DNA of 44,564 nt. Origin: an uncultured Bacilli bacterium (lineage in GTDB: Bacteria > Bacillota_I > Bacilli_A > RF39 > UBA660). The notes under the pieces are model-generated. The model was not told the DNA's origin, ran no database searches, and saw nothing but the letters and a program-made list of their open reading frames with translations. Each line of letters opens with the position of its first letter. Positions within the stretch are counted from its first letter, which is position 1. Where the stretch lies: NCBI GenBank assembly GCA_944331915.1, contig CALVIR010000006.1:1-44564 (forward strand). Reading direction: 5' to 3'. Below are positions 38,723-44,564 of this stretch, one piece after another. The translations under genes were made by a program, and so were the position numbers.

Positions 38723-40648
38723 TTAGAAACGGCCGCCTCCACCTCCACCACCGAAGGAACCTCCACCACCAATAGAGCCTCCTCCAAAACCAGTTCCACT
38801 AAATCTTTGACTAGCTGCAATTGATGATCTTGATGAAGCAATTGCTGTATGAACACTATTATTAATACTTGAATAAATACTTGATGTTACTAAATAATGA
38901 GTAAGGAATGGATCATAACCCATATAAACTGTACTTGTATTAGTATCAATAGAAGCTACTTTTATTTCCATTTCTTTCGACAATTTATCTGCACAATCTA
39001 AGACAACTGCATATACCAAATATTTATCCCATAAAGCTACCTCTGGTAATTCTTTTTCATCAAACCTACTAAAATCCTCTAAGAATCTCTTATGAGCCAT
39101 CCATTCGGCATAATGTAAAGCCCCTTTCTTAGTATAAGATCGTCTTGTTAAAACAAATATTATTAAAATAAAAATAAGAACAAAAATAATACTAGCTAAT
39201 ATTGAAAGTTCAAGAGAAAAATTAACAAATAATAACAATATTCCCAAAATGCAAAGAATAACTGTTGGAACTATCATACCAGAGTTAGTATTATAGAACC
39301 CTTCTTTTTTCCCAAGTTTCGTAGCTGTTTTTATAAAGTTATTATAAATATTCATAAAACTTTTAGCATTATTTAAACTAGAACAATGTTTCTTTATTGA
39401 AGATAAAATAACCTCTTTAGAATTTCCTACCTCGTTAATAATTAAATTTAAAGCAATCTTCTCTACATCAGTTAAACTATTTTCATCATATTCTTGTAAT
39501 ACTAGTTTATAGTCTGCTTTTTTCTTGCTTTCAACCTTTTCAACTTTTAGTACTTTTTTATAAATTAAATTCAGTATTGTTGCTGATAAACTTTTTTCAG
39601 TAACATTTACATCTAACAAATATTCTAAAACATATGGACCATAATCACCTGGAAAATCTCTAAAATATTCCATATTAAAATTAGTTTTCTTTGTACTTTT
39701 TTCTTTTAAATAAGCAACAACAGCAATAAGTATAGCTACTATAATCCAAATAATACTTACTATTGTCATAATAGTATTAGTTCTATTTATCGTCTCTCTT
39801 TCCGCATTCGCTTCCTCACTAAGTTTAGTCTGATAAGAAATAATAGCATCTTTTGCTTCAAAACCACTATATTTACTAGCATACGGTACTAAAGTTTTAT
39901 TAAAGATTAATCTTACACTAACAGGATTATAAGCTCCCAGAAAATTAAATGTACCCACCGCTTCTTTATTAGTAGTTCTTTCAATATTACCATTTAAAGG
40001 TCCATGCAACCAGACTCTATAATCATCATCACTATTAGGTAATACAACTTTAACCTCAAAGTCATCTATATTTTCATTATAGCCATTACCTAAAACATTC
40101 CAAGCAAACTCCGCAATATCATCATGAACGACAACAACATTTGTAACTGTATATTCTATATAGAATATCTCATCTAAACTACTAGGATTATAAAGTTTTA
40201 AGTAAGTATCACTTCTTGAATCATAATTAATATACTTACCACTTTCCCCATCGCTAGCATAACTAACCTCATCAAAATAGTTGATATTATTATTAAAATC
40301 ATCAAAAGTAAGTTCTCCATCATCTAAAATTGCACCAGCTCTTACATTAATAATACTATCACCGTTATATAAGGTACTATCTCCTTCTACATCTTTAACC
40401 GTCCCTGTCGCATAACTAGCATTAGAATTAGCAGCGAAAACTATTCTCTCTAATCCATTATAATCCCCATTTAACTTAATGAGCTCTCTTACTCTAATAG
40501 AACCATCCTCTTCTATATTTATTAAACTCAAGAACTTTTCAGTTGGTTCACTATCAAAAGCTGTAAGTAAAATTGATAAACCAAAAATAGATACTAATGC
40601 AATAAGTGTTACTACTATAACATTCTTATTTTTACCCATATAATTCAC
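38723..40648 (-). CDS. DUF2207-family membrane protein
   Basis: WLHGPL, ATILNL..K, WDKYLVYAVVL and Gly-rich C-terminus. Downstream of lemA. Confidence 0.85.
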   Translation of the reverse strand: MNYMGKNKNVIVVTLIALVSIFGLSILLTAFDSEPTEKFLSLINIEEDGSIRVRELIKLNGDYNGLERIVFAANSNASYATGTVKDVEGDSTLYNGDSIINVRAGAILDDGELTFDDFNNNINYFDEVSYASDGESGKYINYDSRSDTYLKLYNPSSLDEIFYIEYTVTNVVVVHDDIAEFAWNVLGNGYNENIDDFEVKVVLPNSDDDYRVWLHGPLNGNIERTTNKEAVGTFNFLGAYNPVSVRLIFNKTLVPYASKYSGFEAKDAIISYQTKLSEEANAERETINRTNTIMTIVSIIWIIVAILIAVVAYLKEKSTKKTNFNMEYFRDFPGDYGPYVLEYLLDVNVTEKSLSATILNLIYKKVLKVEKVESKKKADYKLVLQEYDENSLTDVEKIALNLIINEVGNSKEVILSSIKKHCSSLNNAKSFMNIYNNFIKTATKLGKKEGFYNTNSGMIVPTVILCILGILLLFVNFSLELSILASIIFVLIFILIIFVLTRRSYTKKGALHYAEWMAHKRFLEDFSRFDEKELPEVALWDKYLVYAVVLDCADKLSKEMEIKVASIDTNTSTVYMGYDPFLTHYLVTSSIYSSINNSVHTAIASSRSSIAASQRFSGTGFGGGSIGGGGSFGGGGGGGRF

Positions 40649-40680
40649 TCCTTAGAAAAAAAGCTTGCTAAACAGCAAGT

Positions 40681-41244
40681 TTAAAATGATACTTTTGGTG
40701 CTTCTTTATCTTTATCATCTATTTCAAAGAATTCTTCTTCTTTAAAATGGGCTATACTTGCCACAATATTACTTGGTATAGATTGTACTTTATTATTATA
40801 AGTAAGTACCGTATCATTATAGAATTGTCTCATTGTACTTATTTTATCTTCAGTATCTCTTAAATCATTTTGCAAAGATATAAAGTTTTGATTAGCTTTC
40901 AAATCAGGATATGCTTCTGCTAAAGCAAATAAACGACTTAACATATTAGTAAGTTCTCCATTCGCTTTCATTTCTTCTTCTTTAGTTCCTGCTGTATTAA
41001 AACTATTTCTAGCACTAATAACATCATCTAAAGTAGATTTTTCATGAGTTGCATAACCTTTAACTGTTTCAACTAAATTTGGAATTAAATCCGCTCTTCT
41101 TTTAAGTTGCACATCAATTTGACTCCATTGATCTTTAACTCTATTTCTTAATGAAATTAATGAGTTATATGTAGCTACAAACCAAAGAACAATAATTACA
41201 ATAATGACTACTACAACTATCGCAATAATTAAACCTGTTGACAT
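40681..41244 (-). CDS. lemA: LemA family protein
   Basis: [36 protein letters not shown]. Confidence 0.95.
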   Translation of the reverse strand: MSTGLIIAIVVVVIIVIIVLWFVATYNSLISLRNRVKDQWSQIDVQLKRRADLIPNLVETVKGYATHEKSTLDDVISARNSFNTAGTKEEEMKANGELTNMLSRLFALAEAYPDLKANQNFISLQNDLRDTEDKISTMRQFYNDTVLTYNNKVQSIPSNIVASIAHFKEEEFFEIDDKDKEAPKVSF

Positions 41245-41339
41245 ATTTTCCCTCCTTAAATTAATTATATATGAAATTAAAAAAAAATTATAGTATAAAT
41301 TAATAATTTATGGTAAAGATATGTCTAGGAGATGATTTT

Positions 41340-41540
41340 ATGAATATAGAAGGTTATATTATAAATAATTTTAAGAATGATAATAAGGAAGAAATATGTC
41401 AAGCTATTGAAGAATCTATAAAATCTAATGATGAGGTTACTCTTCCTGGTATGGGGGTATTCATGAAAATAATTTGGTCTCATTCTAATCAAAAGTTAAA
41501 AGATGAAATGTTAAGTATTCTTGAAAGTAATTTAAAGTAA
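41340..41540 (+). CDS. sspI: Small acid-soluble spore protein SspI
   Basis: IINNFK...IEESI...DEVTLPGMGVF...W matches SspI. GGAGA RBS before ATG 41340. Confidence 0.8.
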   Translation: MNIEGYIINNFKNDNKEEICQAIEESIKSNDEVTLPGMGVFMKIIWSHSNQKLKDEMLSILESNLK

Positions 41541-41542
41541 CA

Positions 41543-41573
41543 AAAGAACTGTTAGAAAAAATCAACAGTTCTT
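41543..41573. terminator. Bidirectional terminator between convergent genes
   Basis: AAGAACTGTT...AACAGTTCTT inverted repeat. Confidence 0.65.
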
Positions 41574-42779
41574 TATTCATTTTTTAATAACCAATCTATT
41601 ATATTAATAACCTTAATACCATTATAATCATTACTAAATGGTCTATCCATCGTAAGTATTATCTTCTCATAATTATCTTCAATACTCTCTAAACTACGTA
41701 TTTCTCTTTCTTTAACCTCTTCTGTTGCTAAAGTTTGCGTTACTTGATAATACTTTATAACATTAAAGTTTTTTGCCACAAAGTCAATTTCATAATCATT
41801 AGATTTACCTATATTAACCCTATATCCTCTTCTTAATAATTCTAAATAAACTACATTTTCAAGTAAATGTCCCTCATCTATATTTCTAAACCCTAATATT
41901 ATATTTCTTATTCCTATATCTGCTATATAATACTTACCTAATGTTTTTAATAATGATTTATTTCTTATATCAGTTCTATCTGCTTTATACATTATAAATG
42001 ATTTTTCTAACATATTTAAGTAATTATCTATTGTTTGATGATTAGAATTTACCGTTATTTTATTACTATTTAAATAATTACTTATCTTTGTAGATGAAAT
42101 AGGACTACCAATATTATTTGCTAAATACTTTATAATATTTTCTAACAAAGCGGTATCTTTTATATTATTTCTATCTATGATATCTTTTTTACAATAGTAT
42201 TATAAATATCATTCAAATAAGATAATACTAATTCGTCATTATATTTAATTAAAGTTATCGCTGGTAATCCACCATATTTTAAGTATTCTCTAAACTTATT
42301 ATCTAAATTACTAGTATCATCATATTTATTAAATATTAAATATTCTTTAAATGATAAGGGATACATTTTTATTTCTATATATCTACCTGATAGCAAAGTT
42401 GATAACTCTGAAGATAAAAGATAAGCATTAGATCCAGTTATATATATATCTATATCAAAGTCAACATTAAACGAATTAATTGCTTTTTCCCAAGATTCTA
42501 CATTTTGAACCTCATCTAACAACAAATAAACTTTATCTTTTTTATTTTTTCTTTAACATAGTTATATAAATCTTTATAATTCTTTATATTATCAAATAAA
42601 GCAGACTCAAAATTCATATGTATTATATTATCTTCAGCAATATTATTATTAATAAGATAATCTTTAAACATTAGCAAAAGCGTTGATTTACCACAAGTTT
42701 TAACACCCGTTATTACTTTTATAAAAGGCTTATCTTTTGCATCTATCATTTTCTTTAAATAATTCTCTCTTACTATCAT
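41573..42779 (-). pseudogene. AAA+ ATPase (AAA_14 + DUF4143-type) in three frames
   Basis: Walker A GVKTCGKST, LLDEVQ, ITGSNA, GGLP, KYY.D.G, EIDFVA. Two single-base frameshifts in A6 runs near 42540 and 42188. Confidence 0.85.
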
Positions 42780-42877
42780 AGCTAATCACCATTAAAGAAT
42801 ATTTTAAAATTTGTATTTTGTAAAGTTTTGCAAACAAACTTGCAAAACTTATTTTTTTTAGCATTTTTGCAAACGTA

Positions 42878-43297
42878 CTAAAATCTTTTTTTCTTTAAAA
42901 CTTTAGTAAGCATATCTCTATTATCTTGATAATCACTGGACATCATATATTCATCTAACTTTTTATTAAAAATATCATATATGACTAAAACATTATCATT
43001 TATTAATGGCATTACACTGTTTAATTTAGTTAATTGATATATTCCAACATTTTCAGGAATTGCCATTAATAACCATGGTGTTGATATTACAAAAGATAAA
43101 AAGGAAGCATAAGCAAAATCTATTGAAAGATTAGTAACATCTGCAAAACTAACATTTAGATGATTCTCACTATTAATAAGTCTAAAACCATTATCATGAC
43201 TACCACTAACACTAAGTTCTTTAACAAAAACTCCTACATTCGTTTTCTTCACAAAAGAATCACTTGGATATACTTCAACCCTATTTCCCTCTATCAT
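42878..43297 (-). CDS. Hypothetical protein
   Basis: 139-aa ORF starting 3 bp after the SDR stop. Confidence 0.65.
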   Translation of the reverse strand: MIEGNRVEVYPSDSFVKKTNVGVFVKELSVSGSHDNGFRLINSENHLNVSFADVTNLSIDFAYASFLSFVISTPWLLMAIPENVGIYQLTKLNSVMPLINDNVLVIYDIFNKKLDEYMMSSDYQDNRDMLTKVLKKKRF

Positions 43298-43300
43298 TTT

Positions 43301-44089
43301 TTACACTCCCACTGTCATCGTTTCTGGTAAAGTTGAACCACCATCAATAACAATACTAGTACCCGTTATATAACTAGATAAATCACTAGCAAGAAAACAT
43401 GCAAGTTCCCCTAATTCTAGCGGTGTTCCTAATCTTTTCATAGGAATAAATCCTGCTATTCCGTTAATAACACTCTCTGGATCACTAGGATTACTCTCTT
43501 TAGCCATTCCTTCGACCATAGGAGTTCTAATATATCCTGGTAATATAGCATTTACTCTAATACCATGATCTACCTCTTCCCTAGCTAAAGCTTTTGTAAA
43601 TCCAATTAAAGCTGCTTTTGTCGTTGCATAAGCTACCTCACCACTATCTGCAACCATCTCCCCTGTAACACTAGATAAATTAATAATACTTGCTTTCTTA
43701 CTAGCTCTTAACATTGGTAATAATACTTTGGTTACATTCCAAGTTCCTTTGATATTAATATCAAAATGTAAATCTCTAAGTTCTAAAGACATCTTCTCAA
43801 ATGTTTCTAACTTACAAATACCCGCATTATTAACAAGAATATCAATATGATCATAATATTTTTTAATAATATCAACAGTCTGTTCTAAAGCTGTAATCTC
43901 ACTAATATCAACTCTAATACCTAATACTTTTTTATTTAAAGCTGCAAATTCATTAACTGTCTCAGTAAGACTTTCAGCTTTATCTAAGATAATAACGGAA
44001 GCTCCATAATTAAGTAAGGCTTCTACAATTCCTTTACCATTACCCATCGCTCCCCCAGTCACTACGGCAATTTTTCCTTCTAAATTCAT
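43301..44089 (-). CDS. ucpA: SDR oxidoreductase, UcpA-like
   Basis: TGGAMGNG, NNAG, SSVTGEMVADSGEVAYATTK, DGGSTLPET. Confidence 0.85.
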   Translation of the reverse strand: MNLEGKIAVVTGGAMGNGKGIVEALLNYGASVIILDKAESLTETVNEFAALNKKVLGIRVDISEITALEQTVDIIKKYYDHIDILVNNAGICKLETFEKMSLELRDLHFDINIKGTWNVTKVLLPMLRASKKASIINLSSVTGEMVADSGEVAYATTKAALIGFTKALAREEVDHGIRVNAILPGYIRTPMVEGMAKESNPSDPESVINGIAGFIPMKRLGTPLELGELACFLASDLSSYITGTSIVIDGGSTLPETMTVGV

Positions 44090-44090
44090 C

Positions 44091-44429
44091 TTAATCCTCT
44101 TTTCTATTACTCATATTTTTCATTTTATCATACTGCTTATACATATATTGTACACTATTTTCTAAGAAAAAGTAATGATAGACATAAAAGCCATCAAAAA
44201 TTAATAAGATAAAGAAAATAAGAAACAACATAAAGATGTATTGTGTTAGATATAAAATAAAGATTGTAAAAAGAACATAAGTTAAAGTTATAACTAAGTG
44301 AATAATTCTCTCTTGTTGAAATAACTTAATCTTTAAAAGATGTTCATCTCTATCTTCTTTCGTAAATTTTTCTTTATTTTTAATCCTCAAATCTATTTTA
44401 TTTATATACTCTCTCATATATTCCCTCAT
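44091..44429 (-). CDS. Small two-TM membrane protein
   Basis: FQQERIIHLVIT...YVYHYFFLENSVQ with two hydrophobic helices. Confidence 0.7.
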   Translation of the reverse strand: MREYMREYINKIDLRIKNKEKFTKEDRDEHLLKIKLFQQERIIHLVITLTYVLFTIFILYLTQYIFMLFLIFFILLIFDGFYVYHYFFLENSVQYMYKQYDKMKNMSNRKED

Positions 44430-44564
44430 AATAACTCCTCTCTTACCTTAAGTTTATCAAAAAAAGTAAAAAAAAGAAACATAAATATATTTGAGTTTAG
44501 GTTTTTTACAAAAAAAGCATCAAAAATTTATAAATTTTATATTCAAACACAATAATGTACCAAA

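Noticed and set aside
13846-44555. Other short overlapping ORFs (e.g. 13846-14052, 16133-16621, 29336-29539, 33515-33828, 37362-37568, 44340-44555)
   Set aside because: They overlap longer genes with recognisable products and have no independent support.
1-44564. DGR template repeat, reverse transcriptase, or CRISPR array
   Set aside because: No AAC-rich third copy of the VR, no RT-like ORF and no regularly spaced repeat-spacer array found by eye.

Overview
AT-rich chromosomal window from a low-GC Firmicute (Bacilli-like; genetic code 11; carries the spore gene sspI). Left part: a frameshifted IS200-type element, then a ~10.5 kb tyrosine-integrase element (about 1113-11673). The element carries a defence cargo (Dam-family methyltransferase, AlwI-family endonuclease, Mrr-like nuclease, Gabija A/B, DUF3800-like protein) and a tiny HTH/OB-fold/Xis-like/Int core. 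It is integrated into the 3' end of an unrecognised ~100-nt structured small RNA and supplies that RNA with a replacement terminator. The rest is mostly housekeeping and envelope genes (recG, acyl-CoA dehydratase activase cluster, ABC-F, Ca-ATPase, thioester adhesin, tex, fic, lemA, sspI, SDR). Most striking: a surface protein (33432-35264) with two GC-rich repeats bearing the signature of diversity-generating retroelement (DGR) variable regions, with no template repeat or reverse transcriptase in the window. It is preceded by a G9-containing leader ORF and a terminator that could form a phase-variable attenuation switch. All calls were made by eye; no searches were run.
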